Below are positions 1 through 12,820 of a DNA stretch of 64,000 nt, piece by piece. The position numbers were made by a program, and so were the translations under genes. Source of the DNA: the human T2T-CHM13v2.0 reference genome, Homo sapiens; NCBI RefSeq assembly GCF_009914755.1, contig NC_060935.1; one strand, 5' to 3'. Under the pieces are notes generated by a model, which searched no databases, was not told where the DNA came from, and saw only the letters and a list, made by a program, of their open reading frames with translations. The stretch's first letter is position 1, and each line of letters opens with the position of its first letter.

Positions 1-1084
1 CTGAAGTCAGAGGTGGAGTCTTATTCAACTTTGGCTCTTAAAAGCCCAGTTCAATGCCAGACCAACACCCATCGACAGAGTGACACAGACCAACAGTGAG
101 CAGTTGCTGGTTACTTACTGTATGAGAAGTGCCATGTTAAATGTTTATGTGCATTTTCCCAATTGATTTCCATAATGCAGTGGGCCTTATTAATGTATTA
201 TTAGTAATATCTCTATTTTACATAGTGATATAAAATACCTTGACCAACAACTATTAAGTGGAAAAGCTAGAATTAGAAATCAGGTCAGTGTGATGCCAAA
301 AATTGAATTCCTTCTATGAACATATGAATCATTTAGTGACAAATGAATGAAGTTTCTCTTTCTCTGTGGGTGCATTCTCTTTCCCTAGAACTTCATAAAG
401 CCTTGGAAGAAGTCAGACACATTCAAAATTTATTTTTGCTTTAAAATGACATTTGTTCAAACTGAATTGATAGAAATGAAAATTAGTTATTTCAGAGAAG
501 CCACAAGCTCCAGGCACATGCAAGGTGTTTGGACAGATAAGTGTGATGAGTACTGTATGTTGGTGTTGAAAGGGTTGGGAAGGGAGCCCACACACCTATG
601 TAGAGGGAATCACACTATGTGTCTGGCTTCATGTGGCTGATAAAATAATGGAGCCAGGGGAAGGAGATAGTTCCTTTTGAAAGGGCTTCACCAAATTTCC
701 TTCCTTCCCCCACTAGCCAATCAAGCTGCTTCTCTTTGTCCTCTGCTGAGAGGTGACTTTTCATTCTTCTCCAGGTGCAAGGTGTCAAAGAAATGGAATC
801 ATAGGGGAAGAAGCTTGCCCCTGTAGAGGGAAAATGAGCTGCACTGGGTTTGGCAGGATTTGGTGGCTGTTTCATGTTGGCTATTGTAATAAGTTAAGGG
901 AATGGGAATTATGCTAATGAACAATACTAGTCAGTTGCCTCATTCCTTTCCCCTCATCTGAATAAATTCTTGGGCTCAGTAAAGGTTTTGTAGCCTTGAG
1001 GGCTTTTTAAATCCTCTTATGATCCTGGCTCGGCTGAAGTAAACCTTGAAGATACGCTCGAGGTCAGAACTTTTCAGAAGAAGG

Positions 1085-1260
1085 AGCTATGATAAAGTTG
1101 AAAGAACATGGAATTTGACTACAGGAAGTTCAGGTTCTGACTGTGGCTTGGCCTCTTACCAGCTATGTGAACCTTCCTGAGATTTAGCTTATTGTTTGTA
1201 AATGGAGATAAAATACCTGCAAAGGGGTTTTGAGGATTCAAAAATATTTTACTTGTGAAG
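1085..1260 (+). mobile_element. MIR SINE
   Basis: caggttctgactgtggcttggcctcttaccagctatgtgaacc...tgtaaatggagataaaatacctgcaaaggggttttgaggattc (MIR core). Confidence 0.7.
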
Positions 1261-3894
1261 GAGTCTAAAACATGAGAGACATTTCATATGTTTTCTTGTC
1301 TAAATGTCCAAGGTGAAGACTCCTTCCACCCTCATTCCCGCCCCAGTGGATTTTAGTGAAAACTGATCTTTGCTGATTCATTGGAATAAGTGATTAGGGC
1401 TAAGACCCAAAACTAAATAGTTGTGTAAGAGAGGCCCAAACCATAAATGAGTAAATTATCTCTAGCTTCTTTCCTTGGGCACCAAAATAAATTCTGGCAT
1501 TTGCTGCTCTTCTGAGATTTGCTTGGTCAAATCTCTTTATAGGTCTGCAGATCTCCTGGAAATGACCAAATATTTAACATTTTTTTCTCTTTCTCTCATA
1601 ACTCTATAATTGTTATCTATTGTACTTATTTAACATACACTAAGAGCTGAAATCTTGTCTCAAACTAATAAGGGATATATAATGTATTATCAAAATACTA
1701 TGAGAATAGCCTCTGTCCAAAAACTGTTGGCTTTCTGTTTGAATAGAAGAAACTTGCGCATAGAATCTGCCTCAAATCAGCCAAGACATTTGCCATCTTA
1801 TTTTACCACAGTCCACCACTTGTGCCTAGGTGATATAATAAAAGACGGGGACTAAGCTTGCCTGAAGGCACATTTGTGCAGGTTACTAACTCTGGATGGA
1901 AGCAGCCTAGTGACCTGATGAGTAGAGTACAGGCCTGTACAAACAAATATCAGGGCAGAATTTTAACTTGAAGTCTTTCTCCAGTCATGTCCTCTTTTAT
2001 AGAATTACGCTGCCTTAAAACATTCTATGTGTGTGATGTCAAATTCCCTTTATTCCAAGGCTTCTCACACATTACATTGTAGTTGGTCTATAGATATCCC
2101 TCTAAGGCAAATATATGGGAGATTAGGCTGTACAGCATGGTTTTAATTTGGATAACTTCTTTTTTATTTTCTTGATTTATTATATCTTTGCTTGTCAGTG
2201 AAGTTAACTGGTCAGAAAAAATAAACACTGATCCATTTGACCTATCAGCAACCATTAGGCAATGTGCCTAATAAGAAATTTATTTGTTTATTAGTTCGGT
2301 CATTCATTCAACACATAAACATTTATTGATGCCTTATTAGACTTGGCTGGGCACCATTGAAAGTTACAAAGATAAAAAATGGGACTCCAAAAAAGAATTA
2401 AGCTCAAGTGGAGGAATAAAATCAGGTAAACACATAATTATGATACTCGTCCTTCAAAACTCTGCAAAGGGGTGTTGTTATCTCTAGAATACATCTTGGG
2501 TTTTACTAGACACTCATCTTTTGTGTTACCACAGCACACCGAGCATGCTGCTTTGTTAGCATTTAGCAGTATAATATTGAAATTTTCGTGCTATTTTTCA
2601 TCTTCCAAATGGAAGGTGTGCTACTCATGGGTAGAGACTTTCTTTTATCTTTATAATTCCATCCTTTATCCCATGTCTGCCAAATATTTGTGTTTACAAA
2701 TATTTGGGGAATAGGTTGTGTACTACTAAAACAGAGTAATGTACCAGCTTCAATGGGAGAATAATCGATTAAGATCTGCCTAAAGAGTTGGGGAAAATTC
2801 TCAGAGGAGGAGAAAAGGATAGTCAACAAGTATCAAAATGGATAGGATAGTTGAAAATAACTATGAAGGAGAAAAAAGAAAGACAAAAGAGATGTAGTCA
2901 CAGGGTACAGAATGAGCAAAGAGAGTCATGACTTATAAATGTGCCTGGTGTGCTAAGGAAATAGTGAATGATCTGAGAGCTGGGAATGAGATGTAATTAA
3001 GCACAAATAGGAAAGAGATGGCATAGTGTAGGTACACTGAGAATAGATTTTGTTAAAGGAGTTGTATAGAAGGATTAGAGTTTGAGTCATGTTGCACTGG
3101 GCAATGTGGGGCTATACAAGACTTGCTAGGAAGGGGCCTGACACACTGGATAGATATTACTATTTTTGAAAGATCTCTGAGGTTTCAGTAAACCCCTTTT
3201 ATGTACATTTTCTTGTCCTTTGGATTTTCTTGATAGAATGCAAGGATGATACTAAGGAACTTAAGTGGCAAAGAGGCAGCCATGATAGTGATATTGGAAG
3301 GATCACCATCTAAGCTTACACTTTTATTCTCTCTGTTTAAGAGTATTTCTCTGCTCCCCTGACTTCCTAAATAATTTTTGGAAAAATAACAACCAAACGC
3401 ACACACACAAAACCTGTCTTCATTGTACACCCAGTAGTTTGGGTTAGGCAATTCTGCCCCCTCCTCTTCCCTTGTCTCTGGACCTTGCTATATAACTCTG
3501 CACACTTATCAGATTCATTTTCCTGTGAGTTTGCTTGCTTGTGTCACATGTCAAATCACTGTATAATTATTGGGTCATATCCCCTTCTTGGCAGCATTAC
3601 ATTATAAAAATAGTATGGACTTGGCTTATACACAACAGACAGTTTTATGAAGTTGTGTCTATTTAACTGGAGCTGGGCACTGCTATCATTAGAGATTAGC
3701 ATTAGGTACAGCAGGATAATGCTGTGCAACAAGTCTTAATGAAAGTTAGAACACCTGTATTTGAGTTCCGGCTCTACCAGTTCATCTATAAAATGGAAAT
3801 TATGCTAACTTCACTTTCTGTTTCACAGTATTTCTGTGTGAAACACATGAACCGATGAAAAAGCCCTTTTAATTGCAAAGCAGCACATCATTAT

Positions 3895-4075
3895 CTTAGC
3901 ATTTAATGAGTAAGTGCATAGGCTTTGCACTCAGAAAGTGGATTCAAATCCTTGTTCTGCCATCTACTAGCTAAGTGATTTCAGGCAAGTTCCTTAATGT
4001 CTTTGTGTATGACTCTCTATATCTGTAAAACTTCTTTAGCCCATCTCACAGGGTTGTTGTCAAGATTAAATATAA
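3895..4075 (+). mobile_element. MIR SINE
   Basis: ggattcaaatccttgttctgccatctactagctaagtgatttcaggcaagttccttaa...atctgtaaaa...cagggttgttgtcaagattaaa. Confidence 0.75.
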
Positions 4076-4079
4076 TAAT

Positions 4080-4290
4080 GTGTGGTGGTTATATAACATA
4101 TCTGCATATTCTTTGACATATCTGCATACTCCCCATTGTGATATATGCTCTTTGCCCCCTTACCTTGAATCTGAATGGGCTTATGACTGCTTAACCAACA
4201 GAACTTCAGCCAGTAGAGTACAGTGGAAATTATACTATGTGATTTCAGAGGCTGGGTCATAAAAGGCCATATGGAGTCTTCCTTGATCCC
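4080..4290 (+). mobile_element. MLT1 (ERVL-MaLR) LTR 5' fragment
   Basis: tgtggtggtt...ttctttgaca...ccttgaatctgaatgggcttatgactgcttaaccaacagaa...gaggctgggtcataaaaggccat, MLT1E-H-like. Confidence 0.75.
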
Positions 4291-4379
4291 AGATATTAGA
4301 ATTATCTGGTAAGGATTTTAAAGCAGCATCACAAAAAAAAAATCCCCAGTGAATGATTATGTATACATTTGAAACAAAT

Positions 4380-4431
4380 AAAAGAGTAGATACTTTACAT
4401 TTTCTGAAAGATTAGATTTTTAATGTTCTTA

Positions 4432-4469
<38 letters not shown>

Positions 4470-4620
4470 CACTAAGCTATACAAGGTGGAGGATATTTTA
4501 ATTAGCTTGAGTATGCTAATTATTTCACAATGTATACATGTATCAAAACATCACATTGTACAACTTAAATATATACCATTTTTATTTGTCAATTTTATCT
4601 TAGTGATGTTGAAAGAAAAA
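4380..4620 (+). mobile_element. L1MA/L1MB 3'-end fragment nested in the L1M
   Basis: ggatattttaattagcttgagtatgctaattatttcacaatgtatacatgtatcaaaacatcacattgtacaacttaaatatatacc matches the L1MA9-L1MB 3' terminus. Confidence 0.8.
4433..4468 (+). repeat. (CA)18 microsatellite
   Basis: Perfect CA run read directly from the sequence. Confidence 0.97.
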
Positions 4621-5790
4621 GAAAAAATAGAAAGTTTTAGGAATGAAATAAAAGATATAAAGGATATCTAACTAGAAATTTTAGAACTGAAAAATAGAAT
4701 AACTAATATAAAAAACTCAGTAGGTAAGCTCAACAGCAGAATGAAAAGGCCAGAAGAAAATAGTAGAGAATTTGAATATAGAACAATAGAAATTACCCAA
4801 TCTGTAAAACAGAGACAATAGATTTTAAAAATACAGAATTTCTGGAAACTGTGGGACTACAACACAAGATTTAATGTTTGAATCATCAGAGTCATAGAGG
4901 AGAGGAGAAAGAGTGTAGAGCTGAAAAAAGTATATGAAGAAGTAATGGGCTGAAATTTTCCCAAATTTGGCAAATGACACAAATGTAAAGATTCAAGAAG
5001 TTAAATGAGTTTCACATGGGATAAATCCCCCAAAATCCATGTAAGGTACATCATAATCAAACTGTAAAAACAAAACAAAAAATATTGAGAGCAGCAGGAG
5101 AGAAATTACTACCTATAGGAAAAAATAATTCAAACTATAGCAGAAAAGTAAAGGCCAGAAGGAAATGACATACCATTTTCTAGTGCTAAAAGAAAAGAAC
5201 TGTCAACCTAGAATTTTATATTTAGCAAAAATATCATTCAGAAATGAAGAAAAAATTGAGTGATTCTCAGATGAAGGAAAATTAAGAAAACCTGTCACAA
5301 GTAGTTTTGCCATAAAAGACTTGCTAACAGAAGCTCAGTGTGTAGAAAATAAATTATAGAAGAAGGACTTTTTGAACGTAAGAAAGGAAGAAAAAATGTG
5401 AAGAGTGAAAACATATGGGTAAATACAATAAGCTTTCCTTCTCTTGAATTTTTCAAATTCTACCTGATAGTTGAAGCAAAAATTATCACACCATTTAATA
5501 TGATTATCAATGTATATAGAAGAAATATTTCAGAAAATAATATTATAAATATGGAAGAGTAATAAGGCATAAAGACAGGTAAGTTTTTTTTGTACTTGAA
5601 TTAGTAAAATGTCAAATAGTAGACTGATAAGTTATATACGTACAATACTTAAAAGCAACCGCTAAAAAAGCTATGTGAAGTGATATACTCAAAAAACTAT
5701 AGACAAGTCAAAATAAAATTTTAAAAGATGTCTAAATAACTCACAGAAAAGCAAGGAAAGGAAAAAATAAATAGAACACAAAAAAGAATG

Positions 5791-6090
5791 AAATGAGTTT
5801 CATTTATATAACCCCTTCTCAAAATGACAACATTATAGAGATAAACACATTAGTAGTTGACAGCATTTAGGGATGGCTGGAGGGAGTAGCATGAAGGAAG
5901 TCTTGGTGGTGTGATAGAGTAGGTCTGTATCTTGATTGAGGTGATAATTACACAAATCTACACACGTGATAAAATGGCAAAGAACTATACACAGTTGGGG
6001 GAACTGGATAAAGAATGCATGGAATCTCTTGGTAAAATCTCTGCAATTTCCTAAGAATCTATAATTATTTCAAATTTAAAAGTTTTAAAA
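5791..6090 (+). mobile_element. L1MD/L1MC-type 3'UTR
   Basis: catttatataac...aaaatgacaacattatagagat...gtatcttgattgaggtgataattacacaaatctacacacgtgataaaatggc...atctataattatttcaaatttaaaagtt. Confidence 0.75.
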
Positions 6091-6370
6091 ACCAGTAAAT
6101 ATTAGAATGAAAATAAGACATTAGGTTTTTAGCTCTCTTTCCCTGTGTTACATGGCTAGTGAAACAGGTAGTAGTAAAATATTAAGGATATGGGGAAAGT
6201 ACCATACATCTTAAATACTAATTTATTTATTTATTTTTAAATTACCTGACAATTTTGTCAGCATTCCTGTACCTATTAATATCTGTGGTTGCAACATTAG
6301 AACTCTCCTTGTTTCAACTATTCTATGAATATTTTCCTAATTCTACCAAACTCACTCTTGCATTAAGAAT

Positions 6371-9116
6371 TTTTTTTTTTTAACTTTTATTTTAGGTTTA
6401 GGGGTTCATGTAAGGGATTGTTATATAGGTAAACTGCATGTCATGGGAACTTGGTATACAGATTATTTAGTCATCCAGGTAATAAGCATAGTACTCAATA
6501 GGTATTTTTAAAAAATTTTCTCCCCCCCCCCCCCACCCTCCACCCTCAAGTAGGCCCCAGTGTCTGGTGTTCCCCTCTATGTGTCCATGTGTTCTCATTG
6601 TTTAGCTCCCATTCATAAGTGAGAACATAAGATATTTGGTTTTCTGTTCCTGGATTAGTTTGCTTAGGATAATGGTCTCTAGCTTCATCCATGTTGCTGC
6701 AAAGGACGTGATCTCACTCTTTTTAATGGCTGTGTATTATTCCATAGTGGGCCATTCCATATATGTGCCACATTTTTAAAATCCATTCTACTGTTGATGG
6801 GCATTTAGGTTGATTCCATGTCTTTGCTATTGTGAATAGTGCTGCAATGAACGTATGCATACAGGGTCTTTATGGCAGAATGATTTATATTCCTTTGGGT
6901 ATATACTCAGTAATGGAATTGGTGGGTCCAATAGTAGTTCTGTTTTAATTTCTTCGAAAAACTGCTACACTGCTTTTCACAATGGCTGAACAAATTTACA
7001 CTCCCACCAACAGTGTAAAAGTGTTCCTTTTTTCCTGCAACCTTGCCAGCATCTGTTTTTTTTTGTTTTTTGACTTTTTAATAGGCATTCTGACTAATGT
7101 GAGATTGTATCTCATTGTGGTTTTGATTTGCATTTCTCTTATGATCTGTTATATTGAGAATTTTTTTTCATATGCTTGCGGACCACATGTATGTCTTCTT
7201 TTGAAAAGTGCCTTCATGTCTTTTGACCAGTTTTTAATGTTTTTTTTTTCTTGTAAATGTGTTTTCCTTATAGATGCTGGGTATTAAACCTTTGTCAGAT
7301 GCATAGTTTGCAAATTATTTTCTCCAATTCTGTAGGTTGTCTGCTTGCTCTGCTGATAGTTTCTTTTGCTGTGCAGAATCACTTTAGTTTAACTAGGTCT
7401 CATTTGTCAGTTTTTGTTTTGTTGCAGTTGCTTTTGGCATTTTCATGATGAAATCTTTGCCAGATCCTATGTCAAGAATGGCATTTCTTAGGTTTTATTC
7501 CAGGGTTTTTACAGTTTAGGTTTTATATTTAAGTCTGTAATCCATCTTGAGTTGATTTTGTATATGATGTAAGGAAAGGGTCCAGTTTCAATCTTCTGCA
7601 TATGGCTAAGGAGTTACCCTAGCACCATTTCTTGAACAGATTGTTTTTGTTGACTTTGTCAAAGATCAGATGGTTGTAGGTGTGCATCATTATTTCTGGG
7701 CTCTCTATTCTGTTCCATTGGTCTATGTGTCTGTTTTTGTACCATTACCATCCTGTTTGGGTTACTGTAATCTTGTAATATAGTTTGAAGTTGAGTAACA
7801 TGAAGCCTCCATTTTTGTTCTTTTTACTTAGGATTGCCTTGGCTATTTGGTTCCATATAAATTATAAAATAGTTTTTTTCTAATTTTGTGAAGAATATAA
7901 TTGGTAGTTTGATAGGAGGAAACTTGCTATCAATTCTTCCCATCCAAGAGCATGAATGTTTTTTCATTTGTGTCATCTCTGATTTCCTTGAGCAGTGTTT
8001 TGTAATTCTCATTGTGGAGATCTTTCACCTCTTAGTTATCTGTATTCCTAGATATTTTATTCTTTTTGTGGCAATTGTGAATGGGATTGCATTCCTGATT
8101 TGCCTCTCTTTTTAGATGTTGTTGGTGTGTAGGAATGTTACTAATTTTTGTACATTGATTTTTTATACTGAAACTTTGCTGAAGTTGTTTATCAGCTGAA
8201 GGAGCTTTTGGGCAAAGACTATGGGGTTTTCTAGGTATAGAATTATGTCATCTGCAAACAGAGATAGTTTTACTTCCTCTCTTCCTATTTGGATGCCTCT
8301 TTTTTCTCTTGTCTGATGGCTCTGGCTGGGACTTCCAGTATTATGTTGAATAGGAGTGGTGCGACAGGGCATCTTTGTCTTGTTCTGGTTTTCAAGGGGA
8401 ATGCTTTCAGCTTTTGCCCATTCAGTATGATATTATGTGTGGGTTTGTCCTAGATCGGTCTTTTTATTTTGATGTATGTTCCTCCAATGCCCAGTTTACT
8501 GAGGGTTTTTAACATGAAGGGATATTGAATTTAATTGAAAGCCTTTTCTGCATCTATTGAAATAATCATGCGGTGTTTGTTTTTAGTTCTATTTAAGTGA
8601 TCACATCTATTAATTTGCAAGTGTTGAACCAATCTTGCACCCCTGTGATGAAGCCTACTTGATAATGGTGGATCAGCTTTTTGATGTGCTGCTGAATTTG
8701 GTTTGCTAGTATTTTGCTGAGTATTTTTCCATCTATGTTCATCAATAATGTTGGCCTCAAGTTTTCTTTTTTGTTGTGTCTCTGCCAGGTTTTGATATCA
8801 AGATGATGCTGGTCTCACAGAATGAGTTAGGGAGGAGTCCCTTCTCTTCACATTTTTGGAATAGTTTCAGTAGGAATAGTACCAGCTCTTCTTTGTACAT
8901 CTGGAGAATTCAGCTGTGAATTATCTGATCCTATGGTTTTTTGTTTTTTCAGTTTTTTATGTGTGTTTTTTTGGATGGTAGGCTTTTTATTACTGATTCA
9001 ATTTCAGAACTTGGCATTGGTCGTGCAGTGATTCAATGTCTTTCTGTTTCAGTCTTTGGAGGTTGTATGTGTCCAGAAATTTATCTATTTCTTCTAGGTT
9101 TTCTAGTTTGTGTGTA
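6371..9116 (-). mobile_element. 5'-truncated older primate LINE-1 (L1PA15/16-like), ORF2 3' part + 3'UTR
   Basis: Poly-T at 6371 is followed by the L1PA13-16-type 3' end (aacttttattttaggtttaggggttcatg...ggtaaactgcatgtc). The RT fragment [16 protein letters not shown] is in ORF 8163-8372. No TSD was recognised. Confidence 0.9.
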
Positions 9117-9464
9117 GACCCTCAAATTTCCCCTATATCACTTAACATAATCATATAATCTGGTACTTTTCACTATATCCCATATGCTAGCCCTACTCAC
9201 TTAACCAGTTTATAAGCTCCTCAAGATCAGGCATAAGTTTTATGTTTTTTCCTTCCATAGCCTGATTCAAAATTTTGTTAAATCCTTCATAGGTTGATGG
9301 AATGATAGTCAGGTGCATTCATTAGAAGGTTGTTTGCAAAGTTTTGAAAAGCAAACCCTTTTCAAAATTGACTCAAAATGGCATTTTAGAGGCATATTTC
9401 TCCAGGGTTTCAAATGTTGATCTCAAAAAGTATCTATTTCCTACTGCCAAAAGTTTAGCCACAA

Positions 9465-9998
9465 CATTTAACATAGCTTTTTATGTTTCAAGAAAAGAAA
9501 ATCCAATTCAAATTGGCTTGAACAATAAAGAGAATTCATTAGTAAATGTAACTGATAGTTTAGTGATAATTCAATACCAGCCTGATTCAGGGCCAATGGT
9601 GCCAACAAGGATCTGACTTTGCAATCTCTGCGAATGGCTGCTCCAGTTCTAGTCCTGACATATGTATGCCACACCCTCTGGAGGAAGAGAGTTTTCAAAA
9701 AGACAAACAAAAAGAGGAATCTGTGCTTTCTCAGATTACTCAGCAAAAGTCACTTTGCTTTTCTTTGAATCTGACTGGGTCCTGTGCCTGTTTCTAAAAT
9801 CTATTCTTCAAGTCATGGGGATTAAATACATGAATTATTTTGGACCAGTCTGACACTACTTTGTATCTGAGGTGCATCAATAGTACTCAGAATGGCTGAG
9901 AATATGTGATTAATGATTCCCCCAATGCAAAACTTTGGGTACTGCTGATGGATAGAAGGGGATGTGGATGTTGAAAACATAACCAATAATGTCCACCA
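9465..9998 (-). mobile_element. Old MLT1 (MLT1J/K/L-like) LTR
   Basis: tttcaagaaaagaaaatccaattcaaattggcttgaacaataaagagaattcattag at the left end and aataatgtccacca at the right end are typical of reverse-oriented old MaLR LTRs. Confidence 0.65.
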
Positions 9999-11871
9999 AA
10001 CAAAACAAAACAAATCTGGAGAAAAGCATTTATAGACAGCAGAGACTCTGAATGAGAAAGTCTTCGGAATCTCTTTCATTTGGAACTGGGTCTAGACCCA
10101 GAAGACTAGGTTTTCAGGTTTGACTTTGTCTTTTGCAGCATTGGTCAAATTAATTAATTTTCTGTTTCAGCTTTAAAATTGTATTTAGATGGAGATAATG
10201 CTGCTTTTCTCAATGATACTGAGGATCAAATAAAATAATCATTGCAGAAATGCTTTAAAATCTGTAATTAGAGTTGCATAAAGATGACTTTGTATATCTT
10301 CCATATATATGTTTGCATGTGGTATACTTATATCTGCATTTATTCTATCACATGTTGTTTTCTATTTCCTAGAGTTTGTATATTAAAATTTTTACCTTAG
10401 AATATAGAAAATAATATTTGTATTAATAAAACGTACTATATTGTCTTCAGCTATAAATACAGAATCATTTTACTGTTTGTCAGTAAAGAAAGGTGTTTGT
10501 AGGGAGTGAATATCTGTAAGTTATTTTATATGTGCTATCTCACTAAATTTTCCCCTACGTCCCATAAAGCAAGTGCTATTAACCCACCTTTACAGATGAG
10601 GAAACTGGGTTGAAATATCTCATCATACATTAGAAAACAGCAAAGCCAAATTCAAACTTAGGTCAGCCTGACACCAAGCCAATTCACAATGGAATGTATT
10701 TGTTTTAAGGAAAACCAAAATTCCTGGAGCAAAAAATATATGAGTTTTGAACAAATATCACCCCCAAATTCAGAATTTATGAAAGGATATTTTCAGTGTC
10801 CTTAGCTGTTGGACAGGTGTTTATATTCTAGTATTTAAGATTTCAGAGTTTAGCCTAATCATCTTGCCATCTGCTATGAAATGATGAGCCCATCTGTCAT
10901 AATATTCAAGACAGTATCAGATTCCATTTGTTCTATGAGAAGACAATGACTTTTGAAATACCAAATTTGAATGTGTCTGATTACAACACTGTGTTATGGA
11001 GAAATTTCAAAGCTAGTTCCACACAGTTGTGAATGATAGCTAAAGTCCTAGCATTGATACAGTGGTGATGAGGGCAGCCAAACTGGGGAAATCCAGACTC
11101 CCAAAAGCTGATTTGGAGATTTTTCAGATCTGGTATAATGGTCCCTGTCTTAATGATTCCTGCATTATGTTCAATAATACACATTATCTAGAGGTTTTGG
11201 AAGTGGTATTTTTATTCTTAATTATACAGCATTTTATAAAGTGCTTTTAATTCCATTACTAATATAGTTCTTATTTAATTATTATTCTTTATTATCATCT
11301 CACCTTTATCCTTATTCTATTTTGTTTATGCTCTTCCATTCTATGAATATTTTTCTATTTATTTTAGAAATAAGCAAGCTATGTTATAGGTGTGGTTGCC
11401 AATCATGTGTTTCTAAAAGGGAAACACGTGGACAATAGGAATGCCCAGGCTGGGGACCAAACATTAGATATTACAGAAGAAAAATAGGTGGTGGATCTTC
11501 TTTATTATTGTTGCTATTTTTGGTCAAATGTGTGTAAATAAATGGGTTCTTGGGTTTTGAGATGAGTTGACTCATTAATGTATTTTAGGCTGGATTGATA
11601 GCACCAGTCTTGCTTTATTTTAGTCAACTCTAGGGTCATCTAGGTTATAAATAAAAGTTAAAATCCCCCAAATGATACCTCCTCAGTTTTCAACATAAAT
11701 TCTTCAACTCCCCAAATATGTACAAAACATCTCCCATCTCCCGGCCCTCATTTTCTTTTATTCTGTCCCGTTTTAGAAAAGTACAAAGTTCTCAATAACT
11801 ATTGTCAAGTAAGTTTGACTCTGTGTTGTAGTAACTCAGGATCTCAGGGCACCAAATATATGTTAGTGTAC

Positions 11872-11978
11872 AGGTACATGGCCTAAGTGTTGGAATTCAG
11901 ACCAATTACAGGGTTATAACTGGCCTAAGTTATAAGGTTCATGGCCTAAGTATAGGAATTCGGTCCAGTTACAAGGTT
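11872..11978 (+). repeat. Two-copy 44-bp direct repeat with an inverted-repeat spacer
   Basis: 11872-11915 vs 11935-11978, 37/44 identical. The spacer contains a third tggcctaagt. Confidence 0.85.
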
Positions 11979-12461
11979 TAGTTTAACAGACAAGTCTGGC
12001 TATCTTGCATTTACCTTTCTTCTACTCTTATCCCCACTCCTGCAAAGATTCCTTAGTCCAGGAAGGGCTCTTTCTTAGCCCTCAGATGCTAAACACCAAG
12101 CTGACTCACTGTGACCTATATTCCCAGACAGATCCTGGAATTCTGTGCAAGAAGCTTTATGTTTTACTCCTTTACCTGTGTGGCACCTATATTTGTGTTA
12201 TCTCAATCCTTGTCTTTTTTTCCAATAGATTTTGTTAGTTCTTGCTAAAAGAGTCAACCTAAATATCTGTATTTGTACCAGCTCCCCTCTGCTCTGGCCA
12301 AAGATGATTGACCCTAATGTGGAGAATGACTCAAGTTGAACCAGATGAACTCCTCTTCCCTCCTTCCCTCCCTTCCTTTCTTCCTCTCTTCCTCTTTCCT
12401 CTCTTTTTGTCTTTATTTCCTTTTTTTCTTTCTTGTCTCACTTGCATTTAAAATAAGAGCA

Positions 12462-12820
12462 GGCCAGGCGTGGAGGCTCACGCTGGTAATCCCAGCACTT
12501 TGGGAGGCCGAGGTGGGTGGATCACAAGGTCAGAAGATCGAGACAATCCTGGCGAACATGATGAAACCCTGTCTCTACTAAAAATACAAAAAAAAAAAAA
12601 AAAAAAAAAAAAAAGATTTAGCCGGGCGTGTTGGCGGGCACCTGTAGTCCCAGCTACTCGGGAGTCGGGAGGCTCAGGCAGGAGAATGGTGTGAACCCAG
12701 GAGGCGGAGCTTGCAGGGAGCCAGGGAGCCGAGATCGCGCCACTGCACTCTAGCCTGGGCGACAAAGAGAAACTCCGTCTTGATAAATAAATAAGACAAA
12801 TAAAAATAAATAAATAAAAT
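12462..12820 (+). mobile_element. AluY-like SINE with expanded linker A27 and two internal micro-duplications
   Basis: AluY-type diagnostics ggatcacaaggtc, gagaatggtgtgaacc and ggagcttgcag. The TSD aaaataagagca is at 12450-12461 and 12821-12832, at a canonical TTT/AAAA endonuclease site. Confidence 0.95.

Larger units (their letters stand above)
4290..5790 (+). mobile_element. Ancient L1M (L1MC/MD/ME-class) ORF1 and inter-ORF region
   Basis: A-rich, degraded ORF1-like sequence (e.g. gaaattttcccaaatttggcaaatgacacaaatgtaaagattcaagaag; aactgtcaacctagaattttatatttagcaaaaatatcattcagaaatgaag). It is interrupted at ~4380-4620. Confidence 0.8.

Noticed and set aside
11872-11978. CRISPR-like repeat-spacer pattern (also 44549-44708 and 52862-52921)
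   Set aside because: Only two diverged copies each, no series of unique spacers, no cas genes, and the DNA is primate.
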